This document shows positions 1 to 9,803 of a DNA stretch of 45,080 nt, in pieces. The stretch is taken from contig JADLBB010000227.1 of NCBI GenBank assembly GCA_020848055.1, positions 1 through 45,080 of the forward strand, given 5' to 3'. The notes beneath the pieces are model-generated. The model did not search any database. It was not told where the DNA came from and saw nothing but the letters and a program-made list of their open reading frames with translations. This DNA is from Chloroflexota bacterium. Its GTDB lineage: Bacteria; Chloroflexota; Limnocylindria; QHBO01. Both the position numbers and the translations under genes were made by a program. How positions within the stretch are numbered: position 1 is the first letter of the stretch; each line of letters starts with the position of its first letter.

Positions 1-188
1 CCGACCGCAACCCGCAGCAGGTCGGCAGCATCGGCCGGGGAGCGTCGCAGCCTGGACGCGATCTCGACGACCGTGCCCTCCCCGACGGGCCGGCGCGTGG
101 CCAGCACCTCGGCCGGCTCCACGCGGTGCCCCACCTCGACCAGGGGCGTCGAGCCCGGAGGGATGCGGAGGCGATGTGGGGTGCTCAT
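1..188 (-). CDS. hypothetical protein, first 62 codons only (continues past window start)
   Basis: ATG at 188..186 overlaps the TGA (187..185) of the upstream GlmL-like gene (ATGA). The frame stays open to position 1. My translation is [47 protein letters not shown]... It is absent from the ORF track because it is truncated. No family recognised. Confidence 0.4.
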   Translation of the reverse strand, partial: MSTPHRLRIPPGSTPLVEVGHRVEPAEVLATRRPVGEGTVVEIASRLRRSPADAADLLRVAV

Positions 189-1822
189 GCCGGTCGCTCC
201 GAGCCCCGCGACAGCGCCTCCGCCCAGGCTGCGAGCACGGCCCGCCGATCCGCGGCCCGACGCGGCATGGCGATCGGAACGCCGCGCGCGTCCAGCATCA
301 GGCCGACGGTCCCCCCGGTGACCGATGCGACGATCCGATCCGCGCGCCGCGCGTTGCCCAGGTTGACTCCGGGCCAGAGCTCGATGGTCACCTCCGCCTC
401 CACTCCACGTCCCAGCGGCACGACCTGGAGTTGGCCGCTGCGGACGCTGACGGGTGGCGGGGTGGGCCATCCGGTGCGGTCCACCGTCACCCGCATCGCG
501 ACCTGTCCCGGCTGCGCTCCACGACAGACGATCGAGGTGCCGAGCGGCACCAGAAGGTCGTCGGCCACCAGCGCCAGGCCCTCCCGCAGTTCATCGTCAT
601 CGGTCAGCGATCCAAGCGGGCCGAGAAGCGAGGCCGCGTCGATGGCCAGCTGCGTCACCCCCAGCGGACGAACCCCGTCCAGCAGCATGCCCGCCGCCTG
701 GGCCGCCGTGGGCGCCGCGGCGATCGTGCGCCCGCAGCCGATCAGCAGGTCCAGTTGGCCCGGCGGGGCGTCCTCGACCAGCCCGGCCAGCTGCAGCCGG
801 GCCGCCGCCTGGGTCATCGCCAGCTCCTCGGGCTGCTCGGGCAACGTGGCCGGATGGGCGCGCAGGCCCTGGAGCAGATCGGCCGCACTCGCCTCGTCCA
901 CGACACCCTCCACGGCCCGCGCCACGCGCGCGGCCGCCCCCGGCAGCGTTGCAGCGCCGGCCAGTCCGCCCTCGGCGGACACCATGACGGCGGTGTTCCC
1001 GTCCGCGCCGGCAGTGACCCGCAGCGACGAGCGGGCGCCCAGGTCCACGGCCATGACGGTGAGGCCGCCCATCGCCGCCAGCATGCCGGTCGCCCGCGGC
1101 AGGGCGACCGGCCCCAGGCCCGCCTCCTCGTCTCCGCCACCGCCCGCCAGTTCACGCCACAGGGCGCGCAAGTGCTCGCGCAGGGCGTCCGAGGCGTCGA
1201 CACGGGCATCGGGCCTTGGGTTGGCGACAGCGGTGGTCGCCCCCGCCTCGAACATGGCCATCACCTCGTCGGCCAGCCGCCCGGTGCCCGCCCACACGAC
1301 CGGCGCGGATCCGGGCCGCCTTGTCGCGGCCACCAGCGCGGCGACCTCGAGCGCCCGCGGCGTGGCGCCTGAATCGAAGCCGCCCACCACCAGCCAGGCA
1401 TCGGCCTCGGTCGACTCGAGAGCCGTCAGGCGGTCGGCGAGGGACCGCCCGTCGTCGAGGGTCACCACGCTGCCGACCTGCCAGCCGGCCGCCTCGGCCG
1501 CGCGACGAGCGGCGTTGCCGGATATCTCCCTCGACACGGCCGCCAGCGCCAGGCGTCCCGGCCGTCGCGCGGTGTGGCACTCGATCCGTCGAGCGTCCGT
1601 CAGCAGCCTGTCCCAGTGGCCGGCCAGCCGCGGGTCACCCACGGCTTCGAGTCGCTCGACGATGGCGCGGCGCAGCTCATCCCCGCCCCATGCCGTCGGC
1701 TGCGCGGCGTGGGCGATGACGCGCCAGCGACCTGCGACGCGACCGATGACCGACGCCTTGGCCCAGGCCGAACCGATGTCCAGCAGCAGCGCCAGCTCGG
1801 CGCCCGGCAGTGGCTCGCTCAC
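185..1822 (-). CDS. GlmL/MutL-like (glutamate mutase L family) ASKHA-fold ATPase-like protein
   Basis: Track ORF 185..2278 trimmed to the GTG at 1822..1820, which overlaps the TGA of the upstream gene (GTGA). Two phosphate-loop-like motifs are present ([13 protein letters not shown] and [11 protein letters not shown]), plus LVVGGFDSG and a C-terminal [15 protein letters not shown]. This layout resembles the GlmL/MutL family as I recall it. Family assignment is from memory, not a search. Confidence 0.6.
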   Translation of the reverse strand: MSEPLPGAELALLLDIGSAWAKASVIGRVAGRWRVIAHAAQPTAWGGDELRRAIVERLEAVGDPRLAGHWDRLLTDARRIECHTARRPGRLALAAVSREISGNAARRAAEAAGWQVGSVVTLDDGRSLADRLTALESTEADAWLVVGGFDSGATPRALEVAALVAATRRPGSAPVVWAGTGRLADEVMAMFEAGATTAVANPRPDARVDASDALREHLRALWRELAGGGGDEEAGLGPVALPRATGMLAAMGGLTVMAVDLGARSSLRVTAGADGNTAVMVSAEGGLAGAATLPGAAARVARAVEGVVDEASAADLLQGLRAHPATLPEQPEELAMTQAAARLQLAGLVEDAPPGQLDLLIGCGRTIAAAPTAAQAAGMLLDGVRPLGVTQLAIDAASLLGPLGSLTDDDELREGLALVADDLLVPLGTSIVCRGAQPGQVAMRVTVDRTGWPTPPPVSVRSGQLQVVPLGRGVEAEVTIELWPGVNLGNARRADRIVASVTGGTVGLMLDARGVPIAMPRRAADRRAVLAAWAEALSRGSERPA

Positions 1823-2451
1823 CGTCCGATACCCGCGACGTCGCCGACCAGGAAGGCGATCCGATCGATCAGCAGGACGAGACGCGCATACAGCAGGTAC
1901 CCGAGCCAACCCCCGATGCCCGCCACCATGAGCCACCGACCGGCGCTCGTCGCGACCAGTGAGGCGCGGCCGCGCGGAACGCCGTGCAGGAACCCGACCA
2001 GCACCAGCACCGTGATGGCGGCCGATACGACGGCCGCCAGCGTGACGCCGAAGGGCTCGCCACCGGCGACGACGGTTGCGGCGGCCTGGGGCAGCAGCGT
2101 CCCGACCAGGGCGCCTCCCAGGCCAAAGGCCGCGAGCGAGCCGACCATGATCGAGACCGGCACGGCCGCCAAGGCGCGGGGCAGCCACGGACTCAAGGCG
2201 GTGATCGCCACCATGGCCAGCCCGATCCACAGCTCGGGGCGCCCGGCCGGATCGGCGATCAGCGGAGTGACCAGCCACGGCACGACGACCTCGCGGACGG
2301 CGATGAGCACCAGGTAACCGGTCAGCAGCCCGGCGAACAGGTGCTGGGTCCAGCCGAAGACGCGCCGCTCGCCGAGCAGCCCGCCCAGCACCGCGACGGT
2401 GGCGAGGGCCGCAATCGCGGTGGCCGAAGCATCGGTGGCCAGGCCGTTCAT
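1819..2451 (-). CDS. polytopic integral membrane protein, unknown function
   Basis: 210 aa, almost entirely hydrophobic Gly/Ala/Leu/Val-rich segments (about 6 predicted TM). ATG 2451..2449 overlaps the TGA of the upstream gene (ATGA). GC3 very high. Confidence 0.7.
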   Translation of the reverse strand: MNGLATDASATAIAALATVAVLGGLLGERRVFGWTQHLFAGLLTGYLVLIAVREVVVPWLVTPLIADPAGRPELWIGLAMVAITALSPWLPRALAAVPVSIMVGSLAAFGLGGALVGTLLPQAAATVVAGGEPFGVTLAAVVSAAITVLVLVGFLHGVPRGRASLVATSAGRWLMVAGIGGWLGYLLYARLVLLIDRIAFLVGDVAGIGR

Positions 2452-3269
2452 CGTCGCGCCGTCGGTCGCAGCAGGCGCCGGGCTGGCCCGCCGGCCAGGA
2501 GCGCCGACGCCAACCAGACGGCCGCGACCAACAGCCCCGCGGCGATGGCGGCCGGCGATGGGCCCGCGCGCTCGGCCAGCGCCGGGAAGGATCCTGCCGG
2601 GGTTCGCTCGCGGAAGGCCGCGCCCTGTCCGGGCGTCGTCAGCAGCGCGGCCAGCTGGCCGCTTGCCCGGTAGGGCTCGACCTCGGGCAACAGCACCGTG
2701 GGGGTGACGGCCACGATCTGCAGGCCCGCAGCGCGCGGCGCCACCTGCTCGACCCAGCTGCGCGGTCCGAGGTCGTTGCCCCCGACCACGACGGCGAGGT
2801 CCGTTCCATCCAGCTCATCGAGTCCGGGCGGCCCGGCGGCCGGCCGCTGACCGCTGATCGCGCCGGCCAGGCTTACCAGCGCGGCCTCGGCTCCCGGGAT
2901 GAAGCCGAGGTCGGTGACGGAGCCGCGCGGGGCGCCCAGCCTATCGAGCCTGGCCATCTCGGCGACTGCCAGGGCCCGGCCCTCCGGCGTCATGCTGACG
3001 AACGAGAGCCCGGCGCCGCGATCCAGCAGGTCGGCGACGAGCGTCCGCACCGTGGGTCGCAGCTCCGGATAGGTCCCCAGGTCGGGATCGAAACCGACGA
3101 GCACGGCCGGGTCGGCGGGAAGCCGGTCGAGGACCTCGATCAGCCGCCCAGCGGGCGCCGGGTCGGAGCCGGCGATGCGCAGGCCCAGGTTCGGCCCGAC
3201 GGCGACGACCAGCGCGAGCAGGCCAACCACCGCCAGCGGCAGGCCGAACCGCGCGAGGCGCTCACTCAT
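2448..3269 (-). CDS. membrane-anchored protein (N- and C-terminal TM segments flanking a ~220 aa soluble domain), unknown function
   Basis: Track ORF 2448..3305. I prefer the ATG at 3269 (MSERLARFGLPLAVVGLLALVV...), which gives an 8-nt overlap with the upstream stop. A TTG at 3305 is the alternative. C-terminal TM is AAIAAGLLVAAVWLASALLAGG. Confidence 0.65.
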   Translation of the reverse strand: MSERLARFGLPLAVVGLLALVVAVGPNLGLRIAGSDPAPAGRLIEVLDRLPADPAVLVGFDPDLGTYPELRPTVRTLVADLLDRGAGLSFVSMTPEGRALAVAEMARLDRLGAPRGSVTDLGFIPGAEAALVSLAGAISGQRPAAGPPGLDELDGTDLAVVVGGNDLGPRSWVEQVAPRAAGLQIVAVTPTVLLPEVEPYRASGQLAALLTTPGQGAAFRERTPAGSFPALAERAGPSPAAIAAGLLVAAVWLASALLAGGPARRLLRPTARR

Positions 3270-3879
3270 CAGCCGGGCCGATGCCGAACATGGTGCGGGT
3301 GGCAAGGATGGCGGCGGTGATGGCGATGCCGATCAGGATCCCTCGGAAGACGCCGGCGATCGGTACCGACAGTGTCCAGGAGGCCACGCCCGACAGGGCC
3401 GTGCCCAGCGGGCCGCCGATCGGCAGCAGGGCCACGACCAGGACGAGCGCCGCCGCGACCAGTACCAGGCCCTCCCGCCCCCCGCGGATGGCCGATCGCC
3501 GCGCCGCCGACAGGGTGGCCAGGAACAGCAGGCCGAACAGGGTCGCTCCGATGGGTGCGATGAGCGCCGCCACGATCCAGCCGACCGCCGGATCTGCCGC
3601 CCCGGCCGAGCCGGGACGCAGGCCGGCCACCAGGACCGCTGCCATCCCGAGCAGCACGGCAAGGGCACCGACCGGGTCCCCGCGCCGGCGCCACAGGTCG
3701 AGGCCGCGGCGCACAGCGAGGGTCGTGCCGGTGGCAATCGCCGCGCCGGCCGCGACCGCGATGACCGCGGCGACCGCGACGCCGGCCAGATCGCCCAGCG
3801 CCGGGTTGACGACCAGCAGGTCGGCGAACAGCAGCAGGCCGACCGCGATGACCAGCGCCGGGATGGTGGCTCGCCTCAC
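3262..3879 (-). CDS. polytopic integral membrane protein, unknown function
   Basis: 205 aa, 5-6 hydrophobic segments. GTG 3879..3877 overlaps the TGA 3878..3876 of the upstream gene (GTGA). Confidence 0.7.
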   Translation of the reverse strand: MRRATIPALVIAVGLLLFADLLVVNPALGDLAGVAVAAVIAVAAGAAIATGTTLAVRRGLDLWRRRGDPVGALAVLLGMAAVLVAGLRPGSAGAADPAVGWIVAALIAPIGATLFGLLFLATLSAARRSAIRGGREGLVLVAAALVLVVALLPIGGPLGTALSGVASWTLSVPIAGVFRGILIGIAITAAILATRTMFGIGPADE

Positions 3880-4754
3880 CGGCCGCCCAACCCCGCCAGC
3901 AGGCCGTCCGGATGGATGATCCCGGCCAGCGCCAGTGCGCTGCCGATCGCGATGGCCACCACCGCCAGGACGATCAGGCGGTTCGCCGCCACGGCGCTGG
4001 TGCGCTCGGTCGCATCGGACTGAAGGTCGGCGGCGGCGCCGAACAGCTCGGGCCCGATCAGCGCGCCTCCCCCTGCAAGCAGCGCCGCCGCGGCCTGCGA
4101 CGGCTCCGGCGTTCCAGCCGTCAGGGCTGTGCCGGACTCGCCGCGCAGGCCCTCGAAGCCCAGCGTGGCCTCCTCGCGGCTGTTCCCGAGCGCGAATGCC
4201 GCGGCCGGTCGCGCGCGGGCCGTCATGACCAGTCCGGCGCTGGGCCCCCGGCCCTCGCCGACGACGACGACTCGCGACCGGCTCGTGCGCTCGCGGGTCG
4301 CGGTCCGGTCATGCGCCGACTCGATGGTGGTCGCGGCCGCGATGGCGGCCAGCGGATCGTTGACGAGCACGCGGACCGGCACTCCGCTGCGGGCCGCCGC
4401 GCGCGCCACGTGGCCGAGCAGCCCCATGGCGGCCAGGGTCTGGAGCCGCCCGAACGCATCGGTCGAGCGCGCCAGGCCGGCCGTGCCGAGGCTGAAGACC
4501 GCGTCGGTGCCGGCCTCTGCGGCCAGGGCCATGGCGCGGCCGACTCCGGCCAGGCCGCCAGGGTCCGACGTCACCCAGCGCGTCACCGGTCGTGCCACCA
4601 GCTGCAGGAAGACGAGCAGGACCCCGAGCGCGACCAGGGTCGTGCCGATCCCCAACCGGAATGAGGACACGCCCAGCGCGTCGCCGACGAACGAGAGCAG
4701 CCCGCCGACCAGGTCAGCCGGGGATGGCATCGGGAGTCCCATCTCGTGCCGCAT
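3876..4754 (-). CDS. membrane-anchored protein (TM - ~200 aa soluble domain - TM), unknown function
   Basis: 292 aa. ATG at 4754 is preceded by GAGG, then the 6 nt CCATGG, then ATG. N-terminal TM is IGTTLVALGVLLVFLQLV and C-terminal TM is LIVLAVVAIAIGSALALAGII. Overlaps the upstream small ORF by 41 nt. Confidence 0.65.
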   Translation of the reverse strand: MRHEMGLPMPSPADLVGGLLSFVGDALGVSSFRLGIGTTLVALGVLLVFLQLVARPVTRWVTSDPGGLAGVGRAMALAAEAGTDAVFSLGTAGLARSTDAFGRLQTLAAMGLLGHVARAAARSGVPVRVLVNDPLAAIAAATTIESAHDRTATRERTSRSRVVVVGEGRGPSAGLVMTARARPAAAFALGNSREEATLGFEGLRGESGTALTAGTPEPSQAAAALLAGGGALIGPELFGAAADLQSDATERTSAVAANRLIVLAVVAIAIGSALALAGIIHPDGLLAGLGGR

Positions 4755-4983
4755 CCATGGCCTCGACCAGGCGGTCCAGCCCGTCTGGCTCGTCGACCAC
4801 GGCCCGCAGGTCGTCCCCGGGCGGGCCCGCGCCCATGCTCAGCCATGGGCCGATGGCCGCCCCGACGTCAGCGATCAGCGGACCCAGCGGCCGGTGGGCG
4901 TCGACCAGCAGGCGGGCGGGGGTGGTGAGTCGGTGACGTTCGATCCGGGCGGCGAGGCGCCTTGCCGCCTCGGGCGCCGTCAC
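4714..4983 (-). CDS. small hypothetical protein (89 aa)
   Basis: GTG 4983..4981 overlaps the TGA 4982..4980 of the macro-domain gene (GTGA). High GC3. No recognised motif. Confidence 0.5.
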   Translation of the reverse strand: MTAPEAARRLAARIERHRLTTPARLLVDAHRPLGPLIADVGAAIGPWLSMGAGPPGDDLRAVVDEPDGLDRLVEAMDAARDGTPDAIPG

Positions 4984-5510
4984 CGCACGCCGGCCCCGGT
5001 ATCGGAGGCCCTGACCGCTTCTCGCAGCGCGCTGACCTCGGTGGCCTGCATCACCGCCAGCACGACCGACTCGATCGGCGTGTCGACGGCTCCAGCGCGA
5101 AGGGCCGGCACCACGACTGCGGCCGCCTCGTCGGGCGTGAACGCGCCGGTCTCGGTGCCCAGCAGCGCCATGGCGATCCTGCGCAGTTGCAGCGGCTCGG
5201 CGAACGCCAGCGCCGAGCGGACGGCCTGGGCCAGGACTCCGGGGTCGGCCACGCGATCGTGGCCCACCGCCACCGCATGGATCACGTAGGGCGCGGGTAG
5301 CATGCCGCCGGTGGTCACGACCGCCGAGCCGGGTGGAACCGGGGCCTGGTCGATGGCGGCTCGTTCGATCTCGATGCCTCCCCGGCGCTTCACCGCAGCC
5401 GCGGGGCCGGCCGTCATGAACAGTGACTCCGACCCGGCGATCACGATCGCGTCTACCTCGAGCTGCGCGATATCGCCCTGCCAGACGTCCATCTCGATTC
5501 GATCTGCCAT
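4980..5510 (-). CDS. macro-domain-like protein (degenerate ADP-ribose-binding fold)
   Basis: Track ORF 4980..5654 trimmed to the ATG at 5510..5508, with GGAGC upstream. The sequence MADRIEMDVWQGDIAQLEVDAIVIAGSESL...VVTTGG...YVIHAV...LLGTETGAF follows the macro-domain pattern (GDIT..DAIVNAAN...GGGV...VIHAVGP...ISTG). The NAAN and GGGVD motifs are replaced by IAGS and TAGPAAAV. Confidence 0.6.
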   Translation of the reverse strand: MADRIEMDVWQGDIAQLEVDAIVIAGSESLFMTAGPAAAVKRRGGIEIERAAIDQAPVPPGSAVVTTGGMLPAPYVIHAVAVGHDRVADPGVLAQAVRSALAFAEPLQLRRIAMALLGTETGAFTPDEAAAVVVPALRAGAVDTPIESVVLAVMQATEVSALREAVRASDTGAGVR

Positions 5511-5541
5511 TGCTCCGTGCTCGCTCCGCGACCGCCGAACG

Positions 5542-6663
5542 TCAACCGCTCCCGAGGTGGAGGCGCGGGAGCCTGCGACGAAGGGCGGTCGTGACCTCGT
5601 AATTGATCGTTCGACGCTCCTCGGCGACCTCCTCGGCGCTGATCCGAGCTCCACCCTGCTCGCCGATGAGCACGAATTCGTCGCTGTAGGTTACACCACC
5701 GATTCCACCGACATCCACGGTCAGCCCGTCCATGCTGACCGCGCCGACGATCGGGGCGCGTTGTCCGCGCACCAGGACCCACCCGTTGTTGGCGTGAGCG
5801 CGCGGCCAGCCATCACCGTAGCCGATGCCCAGGGTGGCGATGCGGGTCGCGCTCGCGGCCCGGAACCGCAGCCCGTAGCCGATGCCCTCGCCAGCGGCCA
5901 GGTCGAACAGCCGCAGCGGCAGTGCCTTGAGCGACAGTGCCGGGCGCAGCCCGATGTCGCGGTCGGCCGCCCAGTCGGGCAGCAGCCCGTACAGCGCTAT
6001 CCCCGGGCGAATCGCATCGGCAAAGCCGATGCCGCCGGCCAGCAGGCCGCCGGTCGCGCTGACGTGCACCAGGCCGGGATCGATGCCGGCGGAGCGCATC
6101 GAGTCGAGGACGCGCGCCAGGCGCAGCAACTGGACCTCGGTGTGCGCGTCGTCCTCGCCCGGCACGGCGAGATGGCTCATCGTGCCGGCCAGCCGCAGGC
6201 TCCGGCTGCGAGCGATCCTCGCCGCCAGCATCAACGCTCCGGCCGGATCGATGCCCTGCCGGCCCAGGCCGGTGTCCACCTTCAGATGGACGCCGATGGT
6301 CCGGCCGGTCGCCTCCAGCGCTTCGATGCTGCGCTCGTCGTATACGAGTGGCTCGAGATCGAGGTCCGCCACGGCCGGCGCCTCGTCGGGCCCGATGCCC
6401 CACAACACGATGATCCGCGCGCCGATCCCGGCGCTCCTCAGCCGCTGCGCCTCGTCGATGGTCGCCACCGCCAGAATGCCCACCCCACCCGCCGTCAGCG
6501 TGCGCGCCACCTCCAAGTCCCCGTGCCCGTAGGCGTTGGCCTTGACGACGCCGATGACCTCGGCGCCGGGCGCCAGGCCCCTGACTGCTCGCAGGTTCGA
6601 GCGAATCGCGTCGTGATCGATCTCGATCCAGGCGCGGTGCGGGCTGCGGGTGGCGACGGTCAC
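5542..6663 (-). CDS. alr: alanine racemase
   Basis: Track ORF 5542..7272 trimmed to the GTG at 6663..6661, which overlaps the nnrD TGA (GTGA). PLP-lysine motif VVKANAYGHG present. Also AVATIDEA, HLKVDTGLGRQG and the YGDGWPR region. Confidence 0.93.
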   Translation of the reverse strand: MTVATRSPHRAWIEIDHDAIRSNLRAVRGLAPGAEVIGVVKANAYGHGDLEVARTLTAGGVGILAVATIDEAQRLRSAGIGARIIVLWGIGPDEAPAVADLDLEPLVYDERSIEALEATGRTIGVHLKVDTGLGRQGIDPAGALMLAARIARSRSLRLAGTMSHLAVPGEDDAHTEVQLLRLARVLDSMRSAGIDPGLVHVSATGGLLAGGIGFADAIRPGIALYGLLPDWAADRDIGLRPALSLKALPLRLFDLAAGEGIGYGLRFRAASATRIATLGIGYGDGWPRAHANNGWVLVRGQRAPIVGAVSMDGLTVDVGGIGGVTYSDEFVLIGEQGGARISAEEVAEERRTINYEVTTALRRRLPRLHLGSG

Positions 6664-7556
6664 GCGCGCTCTCCACGCAGGTGCGCGATCGCCTCCGGCA
6701 GCAGGTGGGCGATGTCGCGGGCCATCACCCCGGTCGTGCCGATGCGCTCGGCTGCCAGCAGGCCGGCGGCCCCGTGGACGGCAACGCCGCAGGCCGCCGC
6801 CGCGAACGGCTCGACGCCGGCGGCAACGAATGCGCCGATCGCGCCGGCCAGCACGTCGCCGCTGCCGGCAGTGGCGAGGGCGGGCGTGGCCACGTCCGAC
6901 CGCAGCACCTCGCCCCCGGGCTCGGCGACGACGCTGTGAGCGCCCTTGAGCACGACCGTCTGGTCCCAGCGCAGGGCCGCCGCCGCGACAGCGTCGGCAC
7001 GCGCCGCATCGTCGTCGGCCGGCGGGGCCGCCTCGCCACTGAGTCGGGCGAACTCGCCCGGATGCGGCGTCAGCACCAGTGACGCCCCCAGTCCCTGCCA
7101 CCAGCGCGCCTGGCCGGACAGCGCGTTGAGGCCGTCGGCATCGACCACCACCGTGCCCCCCATGGCCGTGATCAGCTGCCTGGCGCGCCTCTGGGTCGCA
7201 GGCTGCGACCCGAGCCCCGGACCGATGACCATGGCGTCGAATCCGGGGGCGGCCGTGGCGATCCGCCGCCACCCGCCCGGCGAGATGAGGCCTGGCGCCT
7301 CCTCGTCGAGCGCCATCCAGGTCAGCTCGGGAACGGCGCCGGCCGTCCGGATGGCGACCGACTCGGCGGTGGCCACGCAGACCAATCCGGCTCCGGCCCG
7401 CATCGCGCCAAGGCCGGCCAGCACGGCCGCGCCCGGATAGTCGATGGATCCAGCGATGATCAGCAGCTTGCCGAACGTCCCCTTGTGGGCGCGCTCGGGC
7501 CGCGCCGGCAGGTTGCGCGCCACCCAGCGCTGCGTGATCGAGCGCGCCGCCGTCAT
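6660..7556 (-). CDS. nnrD: ADP-dependent NAD(P)H-hydrate dehydratase (YjeF C-terminal domain only)
   Basis: 298 aa. Motifs HKGTFGKLLIIAGS, VVDADGLN, LTPHPGEFARL, GSGDVLAG. No N-terminal epimerase domain. Confidence 0.88.
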   Translation of the reverse strand: MTAARSITQRWVARNLPARPERAHKGTFGKLLIIAGSIDYPGAAVLAGLGAMRAGAGLVCVATAESVAIRTAGAVPELTWMALDEEAPGLISPGGWRRIATAAPGFDAMVIGPGLGSQPATQRRARQLITAMGGTVVVDADGLNALSGQARWWQGLGASLVLTPHPGEFARLSGEAAPPADDDAARADAVAAAALRWDQTVVLKGAHSVVAEPGGEVLRSDVATPALATAGSGDVLAGAIGAFVAAGVEPFAAAACGVAVHGAAGLLAAERIGTTGVMARDIAHLLPEAIAHLRGERA

Positions 7557-7569
7557 GGCCGGGACGGCG

Positions 7570-7947
7570 TCATGCTGACTCCCGATGCGCCACCGCGACC
7601 GCCATCGCCATGTGGCGCTCGTGAGAGATCGACACGCTCACCTCGCCGAGGCCCATCGCCTCGGCTCGCCGCGCCGCGCGCCCGTGCAGGTTCACCTGCG
7701 GTGCTCCGGCCCGGTTGGGCAGGATCTCGATCTCGCGCCAGCCAACGCCGCGCACGCCGAGGCCGAGGACCTTGCTGATCGCCTCCTTGGCCGCCCAGCG
7801 GCCGGCAAGGCGTTCGACGCGGCCGCCCACGTAGCGGCGCTCGGCGTCGGTCAGGACGCGGTGGCGGAAGCGATCCGGAAAGCGCTCCAGCACGCCCACG
7901 ATGCGATCGATGTCGATCAGGTCTATCCCGATCTCGTGGCGGCTCAT
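7570..7947 (-). CDS. acpS: holo-[acyl-carrier-protein] synthase
   Basis: 125 aa. IGIDLIDIDRI..., AAKEAISKVLG, and SISHERHMAMAVAV at the C-terminus. Confidence 0.92.
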   Translation of the reverse strand: MSRHEIGIDLIDIDRIVGVLERFPDRFRHRVLTDAERRYVGGRVERLAGRWAAKEAISKVLGLGVRGVGWREIEILPNRAGAPQVNLHGRAARRAEAMGLGEVSVSISHERHMAMAVAVAHRESA

Positions 7948-7965
7948 TGACGGCGATGGTCCGGC

Positions 7966-9795
<1,830 letters not shown>

Positions 9796-9803
9796 TGATC
9801 CTC

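Noticed and set aside
126-1931. Long plus-strand ORFs: 126..1931 (601 aa), 5302..6939, 8116..9798, 31939..34110 (723 aa), 38045..40084 (679 aa), 40443..43481 (1012 aa) and many shorter ones.
   Set aside because: All lie antisense to genes with unmistakable conserved products. Their translations are Arg/Ala/Pro/Gly-rich low-complexity strings, typical of shadow ORFs in high-GC DNA where stop codons are rare. No recognisable motifs.
9796-9803. glmS ribozyme upstream of glmS.
   Set aside because: Only 8 nt separate the glmM stop from the glmS start, so there is no room for the roughly 170-nt ribozyme.
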